This document shows positions 13,000 to 25,255 of a stretch of DNA of 64,000 bases, piece by piece (position 1 is the first letter of the stretch; every line of letters begins with the position of its first letter). Source of the stretch: Squalus acanthias (taxonomy: Eukaryota); assembly GCA_030390025.1 (NCBI GenBank), contig CM059432.1, positions 144,958,001-145,022,000 of the forward strand, given 5' to 3'. The notes under the pieces were generated by a model, which worked only from the letters and a program-made list of their open reading frames with translations, did no database searches and was not told the DNA's origin. A program made the position numbers and the translations under genes.

Positions 13000-14664
13000 T
13001 TTTTTTTACTTCGTTCCTGGGATGTGGGTGTCGCTGGCAAGACCAGCATTTATTGCCCATCCCTAATTGCCCTCGAGAAGGTGGTGGTGAGCCGCCTTCT
13101 TGAACCGCTGCAGTCCGTGTGGTGGAGGTACTCCCACAGTGCTGTTAGGGAGTTCCAGGATTTTGACCCAGCGACGATGAAGGATCGGCGATATACTCCC
13201 AAGTCAGGATGGTGTGTGACTTGGAGGGGAACTTGGAGGTGGTGGTGTTCCCATGCGCCTGCTGCCCTTGTCCTTCTAGGTGGTAGAGGTCAGGGGTTTG
13301 GGAGGTGCTGCCGAAGAAGCCTTGGCGAGTTGATGCAGTGCATCGTGTAGATGGTACACACTGCAGCCACGGTACACCGGAGGGAGTGAATGTTTAAGGT
13401 GATGGATGGGGTGCCAATCAAGTGGGCTGCTTTGTCCTGGATGGTGTCGAGCTTCTTGAGTGTTGTTGGAGCTGCACTCATCCAGGCAAGTGGAGAGTAT
13501 TCCATCACACTCCTGACTTGTGCCTTGTAGATGGTGGAAAGACTTTGGGGAGTCAGGAGGTGAGACACTCGCCGCAGAATACCCAGCCTCTGACCTGCTC
13601 TTGTTGCCACAGTATTTATGTGGCTGGTCCAGTTAAGTTTCTTGTCAATGGTGACCCCCCAGGATGTTGATGGTGGGGGATTCAGCTATTGTAATGCCGT
13701 TGAATGTCAACGGGCGGTGGTTAGACTCTCGCTTGTTGGAGATAGTCATTACCAGGCAGTTCTGTGGCGTGAATGTTACCTGCCACTTATCAGCACAAGC
13801 CTGAATGCAGTCCAGGTCTTGTTGCATGCGGGCATGGACTGCTTCATTATCTGTGGAGTTGCGAATGGCGCTGAACACTGTGCAGTCATCAGCGAACATC
13901 CCCATTTCTGACCTTATGATGGAGGGAAGGTCATTGATGAAGCAGCTGAAGATGGTTGGGCCTAGGACACTGCCCTGAAGAACTCCTGCAGTGATGTCCT
14001 GGGGCTGTGATGATTGACCTCCAACAACCACAACCATCTTCCTTTGTACTAGGTATGACTCCAGCCTGTGGAGAGTTTTTCCCCTGATTCCCATTGACTT
14101 CAGTTTTACTAGGGCTCTTTGGTGCCACACTCGGTCAAATGCTGCCTTGATGTCAAGGGCAGTCACTCTCACCTCACCTCTGGAATTCAGCTCCTTTGTC
14201 CATGTTTGGACCAAGGCTGTAATGAGGTCGGGAGCTGAGTGGTCCTGGTGGAACCCAAACTGAGCATCGGTGAGCAGGTTATTGGTGAGTAAGTGCCACT
14301 TGATAGCACTGTCGACGACACCTTCCATCACTTTGTTGATGATTGAGAGTAGACTGCTGGGGCGGTAATTGGATGGATTGGATTTGTCCTGTTTTTTGTG
14401 GACAGGACATACCTGGGCAATTTTCCACATTGTCGGATAGATGCCAGTGTTGTAGCTGTACTGGAACAGCTTGGCTAGAGGCACGGTTAGTTCTGGAGCA
14501 CAAGTCTTCAGCACAACAGCCAGGATGTTGTCGGGGCCCATAGCCTTTGCTGTATCCAGTGCGCTCAGCCGTTTCTTGATATCATGAGGAGTGAATCGAA
14601 TTGACTGAAGACTGTCTCCTGTGATGGTGGGGACCTCAGGAGGAGGCCGATATGGATCATCGAC
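13000..14664 (-). mobile_element. CR1/Zenon-like LINE, 3' half (RT)
   Basis: ORF 13645-14541: NYRPSSLL, QFGFHQDHS, ALDIKAAFDRVWH, QGSVLGP, FADD; A-rich tail at about 13000. Confidence 0.9.
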
Positions 14665-17600
14665 TCATAAGAACATAACATAAGAAATAGGAGCAGGAGT
14701 AGGCCATACGGCCCCTCGAGCCTGTTCCGCCATTCAATAAGATCATGGCTAATCATCTACCTCAACTCTACTTTCCCGCCCAATCTCCATATCCCTTGAT
14801 TCCCCTAGAGTGCAAAAATCTATCTATCTCAGCCTTGAATATACTCAAAGACTCAGCATTCACAGCCCCCTGGGGCAGAGAATTCCAAAGATTCACAACC
14901 CTCTGAGTGAAGAAATTCCTCCTCATCTCGGTCTTAAATGGCCTACCCCTTATCCTGAGACTATGACCCCTAGTTTTAGACTCTCCAGCCAGGGGAAACA
15001 ACCTCTCAGCATCTACCCTGTCAATCCCCCTCAGAATCTTGTATATTTCAATCAGATCACCTCTTATTCTTCTAAACTCTAGAGAGTGTAGGCCCATTCT
15101 ACACAATCTCTCATCATAGGACAGCCCTCTCATCCCAGGAATCAATCTAGTGAACCTTCATTGCACTGCCTCCAAGGCAAGTATATCCTTCCTTAGATAA
15201 GGAGACCAAAACTGTGCACAGTACTCCAGGTGTGGTCTCACCAAGGCCCTGTACAATTGTAGCGAGACTTCCTTACTCTTATACTCCAACCCCCTTGCAA
15301 TAAAGGCCAACATGCCTTCCTTATTGCTTGCTGTACCTGCATGCTAGCTTTCTGTGTTTCTTGCTCGAGGACACCCAAATCTCTCTGAACACCAACATTT
15401 GAAAGTTTCTCACCATTTAAAAAATATTGTTTTTCTATTCCTCCTACCAAAATGAATAACCTCACATTTCCCTACATTATACTCCATCTGCCACCTTACT
15501 GCCCACTCACTTAGTCTATCTATATCCCTTTGCAGACTCTGTGTTCTCCTCACAGCTTACTGTCCCACCTAGCTTTGTATCATCAGCAAACTTGTATACA
15601 TTACACTCGGTCCCTTCATCTAAGTCATTAATATAGATTGTAAAAAGCTGAGGCCCCAACACTGATCCTTGCGGCACCCCACTAGTTACAGCCTGTCAAA
15701 CTGAAAAAGATCCGTTTATCCCTACTCTCTGTTTTCTGTCCGTTAACCAATCCTCTATCCATGCTACCCCCAACTCCATGAGCCCTTGTGTAATAACCTT
15801 TTATGTGGCACTTTATCAAATGCCTTTTGGAAATCCAAATATACTACATCCACTGGTTCCCCTTTATCTACCCTGCTAGTTCCATCCTCAAAAAACCCTA
15901 ATAAAGTTGTCAAATACAATTTCCCTTTCATAAAACCATGTTGACTCTGCCTAATCATGTTATGATTTTCTAAGTGCCCTGATACCACATCCTTAACAAT
16001 GGATTCCAGCATTTTCCCGACGACTGATGTCAGGCTAACTGGTCTCTAGTTCCGTTTTCTCTCTCCCTCCTTTCTTGAACAGCAGTGTTACATTTACGAC
16101 CTTCCAATCAGCTGGGACCGTTCTAGAATCTAGGGAATTTTGGAAGATCAAAACCAATGCATCCACTATCTCTTCAGCCACCTCTTTTAGAACCCTAGGA
16201 TGTAGGCCGTCAGGTCCAAGGGATTTGTTGGCTTTTAGTCCCATTAGTTTCTCTGGTACTTTTTCTCTACTTATATTAATTACGTTAAGTTCCTCACCCT
16301 CATTAGACCCTTGGTTGCCTACCATGTTTGGTATGCTTTTTGTGTCTTCTACTGTGAAGACAGATACAAAATATTTGTTTAACGTTTCTGCCATTTCCTT
16401 ATTCCCCATAATAATTTCTCCTATCTCAGCCGCTGATGTTTACTTTTGTTACTCTCTTCCTTTTTAAATACTTGTAGAAACTCTTACAATCTGCTTTTAT
16501 ATTTCTTGCTAGTTTTCTCTCATATTCTATTTTTTCCCTTTTTATCAATTTTTTGGTCATCCTTTGCTGGTTTCTGAAACCCTCCCAATCCTCAGGCTTA
16601 CTATTGTTCTTTGCAACATTATAAGCTTCTTCTTTAAATCTAATGCTATCCTTAACTTCTTTAGTTAGCCATGGTTGGATCACTTTCCTGTGGAGTTTTT
16701 GTTTCTCAATGGAATGTATTTTTGTTGAGAATTATGAAATATTTCTTTAAATGCTAGCCACTGCTTATCTACCACCATACCTTTTAATCTATTTTTCCAA
16801 TCTACCTTAGCCAACTCGCCCCTCATACCTATGGAATTGGCTTTATTTAAGTTTAAGACTCTAGTTTCGGACTTAGGCAAGTCACTCTCAAACTTAACGT
16901 GAAATTCTATCATATTATGATTACTCTGCCCCAGAGGATCCTTTACTATGAGATTGCTAATTAACCCTGTCTCATTACACAGTACAAGATCTAAAATAGC
17001 CTGTTCCCTGGTTGGTTCCATGATGTATTGTTCTAGGAAACTGTCCCGAATGCATTCCATGAACTCGTCCTCCAGACTACCTTTGCCAATTTGATTTGTC
17101 TAGTCTGTATGAAGATTAAAGTCCCCCACGATTATTGCATTCCCATTGTTACAAGCCCCTACTATTTCTTGATTAATATTCTGTCCAACAGTATAGCTAC
17201 TGTTTGGGGGACTATATACTACTCCCACCAATGTTTTCTGCCCCTTGTTATTCCTTATCTCCACCCATACTGATTCTACTTCCTGAACTTCCGAGCCGAG
17301 ATCCTTTCTCTCTACTGTCCTTATGTCATCCTTTATTATCAGGGCTACTCCCCCTCCTTTTCCATTCTGCCTGTCTTTTCAAAACGTCAAGTACCCTGGA
17401 ACATTTAGTTCCCAACCTTGGTCACCTTGCAACCATGTCTCTGTAATGGCTATTAGATCAAACCCATTTATCTCTATTTGTGCCACTAGTTCGTCTATCT
17501 TGTTACAAATGCTTCGTGCATTCAGATAAAGAACCTTTAATTTAAATTTTTTACCATTATTCCCAGCTTTGACATTCTCTGCTGCACTGCTACCGTTAAA

Positions 17601-17687
17601 CTCTGTCCATTCCTCTCACACTCTGCTTATTTTTACCCAAATCACTACACTGTTCTATTGCAGTGACCTGACCCCTCCCACCCCCTT
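14665..17687 (-). mobile_element. CR1 LINE inserted into the Zenon-like LINE
   Basis: APE and RT remnants (EPTREQAILDLVL, GPDGLHPRVLKE, QHGFMKGK); host coding sequence resumes on both sides. Confidence 0.9.
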
Positions 17688-19290
17688 CGGCACTTTTGGC
17701 TGAAGGTGGTTGCAAATGCTTCAGCCTTGTCTTTTGCACTAACGTGTTGGGCTCCGCCATGATTGAGGATGGGGATATTCATGGAGCCTCCTCCTCCCGT
17801 TAGTTGTTTAATGGTCCACCACCATTCACGACTGGATGTGGCAGGACTGCAGAACTTTGCTCTGATCTGTTGATTGTAGGATCGCTTATCTCTGTCTATA
17901 GCATGATGTTTCCACTGTTTAGCGTGCACTTAGTCCTGTGCTGCAGCTTCCCCAGCTTGGCACCTCATTCTTAGGTACACCCGGTGCTGCTCCTGGCATG
18001 CTCTTCTGCACTCCTTATTGAACCAGGGCTGGTCCCTTGGCTTGATGGTAGTGGTAGAGTGAAGGATATGCCAGGCCGTGAGGTTACAGATTGTGGTGGA
18101 ATACAATTCTGCTGCTGCTGATGGCCCACAGCACCTCATGGATGCCCAGTTTTGAGCTGCTAGATCTGTGCTGAATCTATCCCAGTTAGCACGGTGGTAG
18201 TGCCACATAACATGATGGAGGGTGGCCTCAGTGTGAAGACGGGACTTCGTCTCCACAATGACTGTGCGGTGGTCACTGCTACCAATACTGTCATGGACAG
18301 ATGCCTCTGTGACAGGTAGATTGGGGAGGACGAGGTCAAGTAGGTTTTTCCCTCGTGTCGGTTCACTCACCACCTGTCGCAGGCCCAGACTGGCAGCTAT
18401 GTCCTTCAGGACTCGGCCAGCTCCGTCATTCGTGGTGCTACCGAGCCACTCTTGGTGATGAACATTGAAGTCCCCCACGCAGAGCACATTCTGTGCCCTT
18501 GCTACTCTCAGTGATTCCTCCAAGTTGTGTTCAACATGGAGGAGTACTGATGCATCAGCTGAGGGAGGGCAGTAGGTGGTAATCAGCAGGAGGTTTCCTT
18601 ACCCATGCTTGACCTGAAGCCATGAGACTTCATGGGGTCTGCAGTCAACGTTGAGGACTCCCAGGGCCACTCCCTCTCTCCCGTATACCAGTGTGCCGCC
18701 ATCCCTGGTGGGAGTGTCCTGCCGGTGGGACAAGACATACCCAGGGATGGTGATGGAGGAGTCTTGGACATTGGCTGAAAGGTATGATTCTGTGAGCATG
18801 ACTATGTCAGGCTATTGCTTGACTAGTCTGTGGGACAGCTCTCCCAATTTTGGCATAAATCCCAAGAGGTTCGTGAGGACTTTGCAGGGTCGACTGGGCT
18901 GGGTGTGCCGTTGCCGTGTCCATAGGCAGGTGGTCCGTCCGGTTTTATTCTTACTATTTTTTGTAGCAGTTTGTTACAACTGAGTGGCTTGCTAGGCCAT
19001 TTCGGAGAGCAATTAAGAGTCAATCACATCACTGTGGGTCTGGAGTTACATATGGGCCAGAGCAGTTAAGGACGGCAGATTTCCTTCCCTAAAGGACATT
19101 AGTGAACCAGATGTTTTTTTTTATATAACAATCCGATAGTTTCATGGTCATCATTACTGATACTAGCTTTTTTTTATTCCAGATTTATTTAATTAACTGA
19201 ATTTAAATTCCCCAGCTGCTGTGGTGGGAGTTGAACTCATGTCTCTGGATCATTTGTCCAGGCCTCTGGATTACTAGTCCAGTAACATGC
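17688..19290 (-). mobile_element. CR1/Zenon-like LINE, 5' half (APE) with tRNA-SINE-like head
   Basis: LTESYL, GDFNVHHQEWLGS, PTRGKNLLDLVL, SDHRTV; B-box-like GAGTTCAACTCCC near 19230. Confidence 0.8.
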
Positions 19291-20253
19291 AGCCTGTACT
19301 TCATGAAATGCACACCCCACCACCTGATTGTCAGGGTCAAATTCTTGTCAGGGATCAAGACTTGAGAGAAATTCATCCTGGAGGGAGTATTCACCCTTCC
19401 TTTCAAATCGTGGGAAAATGGTTTGATAGCTGTATACAGCAGAATGTGGAATGACCAATTCAAAAATATATTGAACATAAAAGCAGCCTGTGCAAGCCTC
19501 ACAAAAATCACATCCTGCCTCCGCGGTAGTGGGTCAAGAACCTACAACACTATCCATACTTTTGTCTGTTCCATACTACTGAGTGGAAGCTTTAGGCCAG
19601 AGAGACTCTCCTTTCCTTGCCCACTTCCCACCCCACTGCCCCTCACAAGAATGTCCATCCTGTTACATAATCTAGGAACCTACCTCTCAACTGTGGACAG
19701 AATGCCAATGTGACATTTGCCAATTAGGGCGAGTATTGGCACAGGCAATGGCTGGAGCCCAGAAAACACACAGATACCAGGCTCACCAACCTCTGGCTAA
19801 TCGGGAACTGTGCCCATCTTGGCTGATGGAAGATGAAAACTACATCAAGCCCTGTATCCTCCTCAGGGTAACTAGCCCCACATCACTCCCTTACCACAAT
19901 TAAAAATTCCTTCCCCTCCCCATGACACATGCAGCTCGTGTATGGAATGTTTCTGCTGCAGTAGCAGCGGGAAATGTCCTTTAAGTAGGTGTGCTGTTCC
20001 GTGATACAACTCTGTAGATAAACCATCAACAGACTATTCTTTGTACATGAGCGAAGTGTCAATATGTAAGCTGCGAAATCCCAACGATTTTAAGAAAAAA
20101 CTTTTCATGGATAGAGCATAAAGTGAACTTAGTGGTCTACACGGTTTGTAGAAATGGAATATATCCCATGCCAGACAGACAGAAATAAGTGTAAAGACAG
20201 CAGACCTTGAACACACAAAAGAAAATGCAAAGAAACTATCCACACGGGTTCCA

Positions 20254-20259
20254 TTTATT
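20254..20259 (-). promoter_or_regulatory. Candidate polyadenylation signal of FKBP9
   Basis: Minus-strand AATAAA followed by GT/T-rich GTTTCTTTGCATTTTCTTTTGTGTGTT. Confidence 0.45.
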
Positions 20260-20794
20260 CACCACACCATGTCTGTACACTGTATATGGAGCCATTTACT
20301 GGCAACACTTGTCTGAATTCGAGGCACAGACAAGGGATTGTGCTGGTCATGCATGGTATCTTTAAAGCAAATTAAATACCGCGAGGTTTACACCAAAAAC
20401 AAAGACTTCAACACGTATAACTGAAACTTGCATAGCTTGACTGCAGAAAACTAACGTTCTCACAAAAAAGGAAATTCTCCAGCCCAAACATATATAAGTT
20501 GTACCCAAAACAACTCTTGTTTCTCTACTATTCTGCAATCTGTAAAGCAATGAGATTGCTACAAATCATGCTGACAAAATATTAACACTTCTATTGAAAG
20601 TAAAATTGTTTAGTGAAAGGCCAACATACTTTTTTTAAATATATACCCAATGCACCATGAATGACCTGCGGAGGTGGTACTAAGTTACTAAAATTGTAGT
20701 TTTGTAGTAAAAGAGCGCTGCTAGAATCATCTTTACTGGAGGTCCTAAAGAATTGCTCTTATACGCTCAAGGAGTTGCCTTTGGAATGCTTTGA

Positions 20795-21630
20795 AGTCAG
20801 AAAGCAATCAAAAAGACTAATGGAATGTTAGCCTTTGTCTCAAAGGCAGGTTGGAATTCAAAGGAGAGAGGAAGTTATGCTACAGTTGTACAGAGCATTG
20901 GCAGACCCGATCTGGAGTACTGCATTCAATTTTGAGTACTACACGTCAGGAAGCACAGATTGACTTTGATGGGGATACCAGAATGATACCAGGGCTTAGA
21001 GGGTTAAATTATATGAGGACAGGTTGCATAATCTTGGCTTGTATTCCCTTGAGTTTAGAAGATTAAGAAGTGATCAAAATGATAGAAATTTGATAGGTTA
21101 GATACAGAGAAACTGTTTTCTCTGGTAGGGGAATCCAGAACAAGGGGACATAATCTTAAAATTAGAACGAGACCATTCAGGAGTAAAATCAGAAAGCACG
21201 TCTTCACACAAAGGGTAGTGGACATCTGGACCGCTCGCCTCCAAAAGGCTGTAGATGCTGGAGGGTCAATTGAAATTTAACTCCGAGATGGATAGATTTT
21301 TGTTGGGCAAGGGTATCGAGGGAAAAAAGCAAAATAGAATTGTGGGACAGATCAGCCATGATCTAATTGAATGGTCAAAAGTGAGAAGTCGCACAACACC
21401 AGGTTATAGTCCAACAGCTTTATTTGAAATCACAAGCTTTCGGAGCGCTGCTCCTTCATCAGGTGAAGGAGCAGCGCTCCGAAAGCTTGTGATTTCAAAT
21501 AAAGCTGTTGGACTATAACCTGGTGTTGTGCGACTTCTCACTTTTGTCCACCCCAGTCCAACACCGGCATCTCCACATCATAATTGAATGGTGGAACAGG
21601 CTCGAAGGACTGCATGGCCTCCTCCTATTC
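20795..21630 (+). mobile_element. Degraded CR1 3' fragment (host of Penelope-type insertion)
   Basis: TRMIPGLRGLNY, ESRTRGHNLKIR remnants; CR1 3'UTR ATCAGCCATGATCTAATTGAATGG. Confidence 0.8.
21376..21580. mobile_element. Penelope-like (PLE) pLTR-derived palindromic insertion with 12-bp TSD
   Basis: 83-bp perfect inverted arms 21376-21458 / 21464-21546; TSD TAATTGAATGGT at 21364-21375 and 21581-21592; CTGATGA-stem-GAAA core on minus strand 21438-21462. Confidence 0.75.
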
Positions 21631-23048
21631 CCACATCAGCCCTATAATTTTATTTACGGGATGACAGCAGCATGAAGCCACCAGAACAAGGAGATCTGGC
21701 ACTCTGAATCTACGCTGATGCTGCAGTGCGGGGACCCAGAGAAGATAGACTCAGGTAGCAAGACTTCCAGTAGCCAGACTTGTTTCAACACTCCTGATGC
21801 AGTAAATGATAATTAAGTGTATTTGGACTTTTGCATGCATAGGGCATAGTCCTAGACAATCGTGCGGAACGTACCACAGGCAGGCAGTAACATAAAAAGC
21901 TTTGGTGCTGCCGTTCCATGTGGACTTCATGGGTTGATATTGAACATTCAGGTGCAGTGGAACAGCTCCTCTCTGGTCTGGTTCAAGGGCTGCATCAATA
22001 TCATTGGAGTGATAACTTGGCCAGATCTTTGATATTGGAAAGGGTAGACTGGCATAGAAATGGCAGTCGACCGATCTGAATGGTTTTAGACAATATGGAG
22101 TCAAGAAGCAACAAATATATTTTCTCTGCAGTCTGAGAAACGGGACTAGAATCACCACAGATATATAAAGCTTTGTGTAACAAAAGCTAGTTACAGTGAC
22201 GGAGAGAGCTAAGCTTTCTTAAGAATTCTCAATCTTTTACCAGCTTCTCCAAACACTGGCTCCCAGTGTAAATCAGACGTTCAGCTACAATCAGGTGTGA
22301 ACGTCAAGCTAAGGAACGGAAATGCCTGTAACCGAGGAACGGTTATTTGGGGTACACAGAGGGTGGCAACACCACTGTCCATCTCTCAAAGTCAGACTTT
22401 GCTTGGCTGTGGAGACTTGAGTCTTTGCAGCTGTGCAGATAACACACCCTTTTGTCCAGCCACTGCCTACGTGTCTATATATCTGCCTGATAGGGAAGGT
22501 GGTATCGTGAACAGAGAGAATAGCATCACTTTTGATGGCAGCCACCAGATTATTGAGGAAGATTGAGAAACTGCGTGAGCTATGAGCGCTTTGCTAGGGG
22601 ACCTCAGGGCAAGTCTGGAGAGAAGACAACAAAGACTCATGGCTTATGGCCTGATCATTGTGTCCTCTAAAGGAGTCTCAGCTGCATGAGATGAAGAGGT
22701 CTCAGAAGGCTATTACAGTGGCTACACTACAGGATGCGCTAAGAACAGAGGCAGTGCTCATTTCATTGGCGCATTCTTATTTCACACCAGTGCCATAAAA
22801 GTTAAAAATAGCATTAACGTGTATAAGCAAAGGTGGTTCATGAAAAATAGAATCAGACAGCCCATTGTGCCTCTTTGAAAGAGCTCTCCAATTAGTCCCA
22901 CTCCCGTGCAGCGACAACATCCAACTCACGAGTAAGTTCCATCAGCCAGGACACCAGTGGCTTGTTTTCCATAACCACCCACTTGGCATAAATCTTGGGC
23001 TTATACAGTACAAAATAAGGCAAGATTAGTGTTTACATTGTTTAAAGC

Positions 23049-23050
<2 letters not shown>

Positions 23051-23081
<31 letters not shown>
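23051..23081. repeat. (CA)n microsatellite in FKBP9 3'UTR region
   Basis: About 15 CA units. Confidence 0.95.
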
Positions 23082-23083
<2 letters not shown>

Positions 23084-23706
23084 TACCTCACTCCTTACAA
23101 AAAGGGAGTGTCGTAAACAACGCATTGGGTGATGGTCATTGAATCTCTGTGCTTTGCACTGTAGTGTTGCACACTGGGAATCGGTCCCAGTCATCCAAAA
23201 TATACATTTTTTAAAAAATGACTGGTTCTCACTGAATAAAAGATTGACCGACAAAAAATAGAAGATAAAAGTTGCAAGATACGTTTTCAAATACTAATGG
23301 AATATTTAAATTTTCATTGGTGCAAGAGCTATGATTGTTGACGTTATTAAACTGGATGTGAAATGAGACTTCAAGTCAAACAAATTTGGAGTGTACAGCA
23401 CGGTATGGGGGAGGGGGGGTGGGGTGGGGGAGGGGAGAGATTACTCTCCTTCTAAATACTGATTACAATACAAATGAAAAAAAACACTATAAAAGAGAAA
23501 CACCATCTGTTGATCAACGTGCTCAGGAGCTGAGTGAACACGATACCTAATTCAGTCTTGGAGGAGCAATTGGAAATCCGTGCTTTCGATGTCACCGATA
23601 TCCCGAAGCTGCAGAAACACAGACAAACCCATCTCCCGACCAACAAACCACAGGTTAACTCTTCACTCTTCCACTTAATAGCAGCATAGACGTGCAACCT
23701 TCGGCT

Positions 23707-23886
23707 TTACAGCTCATCGTGCTGGGAAGTCTCCTCGTCCTTCAGCTTGAACTCATCAGCGATTATCTTGCCGTCTCCGTTCCGGTCCTGGTTGGAAAAC
23801 ATGTTTGCGATGATTTTGTCTGGAGAAAAGCCGGGGGCCAGTTTCCCCTGACCGCTCTCCACCTGGGCCAAGATGTATTTGGAGAA
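23707..23886 (-). CDS. FKBP9: FKBP9 exon 10 (second EF-hand, HDEL, stop)
   Basis: TTGCAG acceptor; FSKYILAQVESGQGKLAPGFSPDKIIANMFSNQDRNGDGKIIADEFKLKDEETSQHDEL*, like recalled FKBP9 (GKLAPGF..FKLKD..HDEL) rather than FKBP10 (HEEL). Confidence 0.95.
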   Translation of the reverse strand, partial: FSKYILAQVESGQGKLAPGFSPDKIIANMFSNQDRNGDGKIIADEFKLKDEETSQHDEL

Positions 23887-24090
23887 CTGCAACAGAGAAG
23901 GGAAATGGGAGATTTTAGACAGGTCACAAGAACAAAAGAACATAAGAAATAGGAGCAGGAGTTCGGCCATTTGGCCCCTCGAGCCTGCCCCGCCATTCAG
24001 TAAGATCACGGCTGATCTGTCGGAGGCCAGCGCTGTTCCTCACATCACTTCTTTTAGGCTGGAGAAACTTCAAGGTTATTTTCTTTGAGG

Positions 24091-25255
24091 TGTCAGCTGT
24101 GGCTCACTCGCGCTTCTCAGTCAGCAGGTCGCAGGTTCAAGTCCCACTCCAGAGACTTGAGCACAAAATCTAGGCTGATACACCCAGTGCCAGTACTGAG
24201 GGAGCTCTCCGCTGCACTGTCGGAGGGGCAGTACTGAGGGAGCGCTGCACTGTCGGAGGGTCAGTACTGAGTGAGCGCTGCACTGTCGGAGGGTCAGTAC
24301 TGAGTGAGCGCTGCACTGTCGGAGGGTCAGTACTGAGTGAGCGCTGCACTGTCGGAGGGTCAGTACTGAGTGAGCGCTGCACTGTCGGAGGGTCAGTACT
24401 GAGTGAGCGCTGCACTGTCGGAGGGTCAGTACTGAGGGAGCGCTGTACTGTCGGAGGGGCAGTACTGAGGGAGCGCTGCACTGTCGGAGGGGAAGCAATG
24501 AGGGAGCTCCGCACTGTCGGAGGGGCAGTACTGAGGGAGCGCTGCACTGTCGGAGGGTCAGTACTGAGGGAGCGCTGCACTGTCGGAGGGTCAGTACTGA
24601 GGGAGCGCTGCACTGTCGGAGGGTCAGTACTGAGGGAGCGCTGCACTGTCGGAGGGTCAGTACTGCGGGAGCGCTGCACTGTCGGAGGGGCAGTACTGAG
24701 GGAGCGCTGTACTGTCGGAGGGGCAGTACTGAGGGAGCACTGCACTGTCAGAGGGGCAGCACTGAGAGAGCGCTGCACTGTCAGAGGGCCAGTACTGAGG
24801 GAGCGCCGCACTGTCGGAGGGGCAGTACTGAGGGAGTGCTGCATTGTCGGAGGGGCAGTACTGAGGGAGTGCTGCACTGTCGGAGGGGCAGTACTGAGGC
24901 AGCGCCGCACTGTCGGAGGGGAAGCAATGAGGGAGCTCCGCACTGTCGGAGGGTCAGTACCGAGGGAGCGCCGCACTGTCGGAGGGTCAGTACCGAGGGA
25001 GCGCTGCACTGTCGGAGGGTCAGTACCGAGGGAGCGCCGCACTGTCGGAGGGGCAGTACTGAGGGAGCGCCGCACTGTCGGAGGGGCAGCATTGAGGGAG
25101 CGCCGCACTGCTGGAGGGGCAGCACTGAGGGAGCGCCGCACTGTCGGAGGGGCAGTACTGAGGGAGTGCTGCATTGTCGGAGGGGCAGTACTGAGGGAGT
25201 GCTGCACTGTCAGAGGGGCAGTACTGAGGGAGTGCTGCACTGTCGGAGGGGCAGT
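24091..25255 (+). repeat. 33-bp minisatellite (about 32 units) expanded from inside a Deu-type SINE
   Basis: SINE head 24091-24190, then tandem CAGTACTGAGGGAGCGCTGCACTGTCGGAGGGG/T. Confidence 0.95.
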
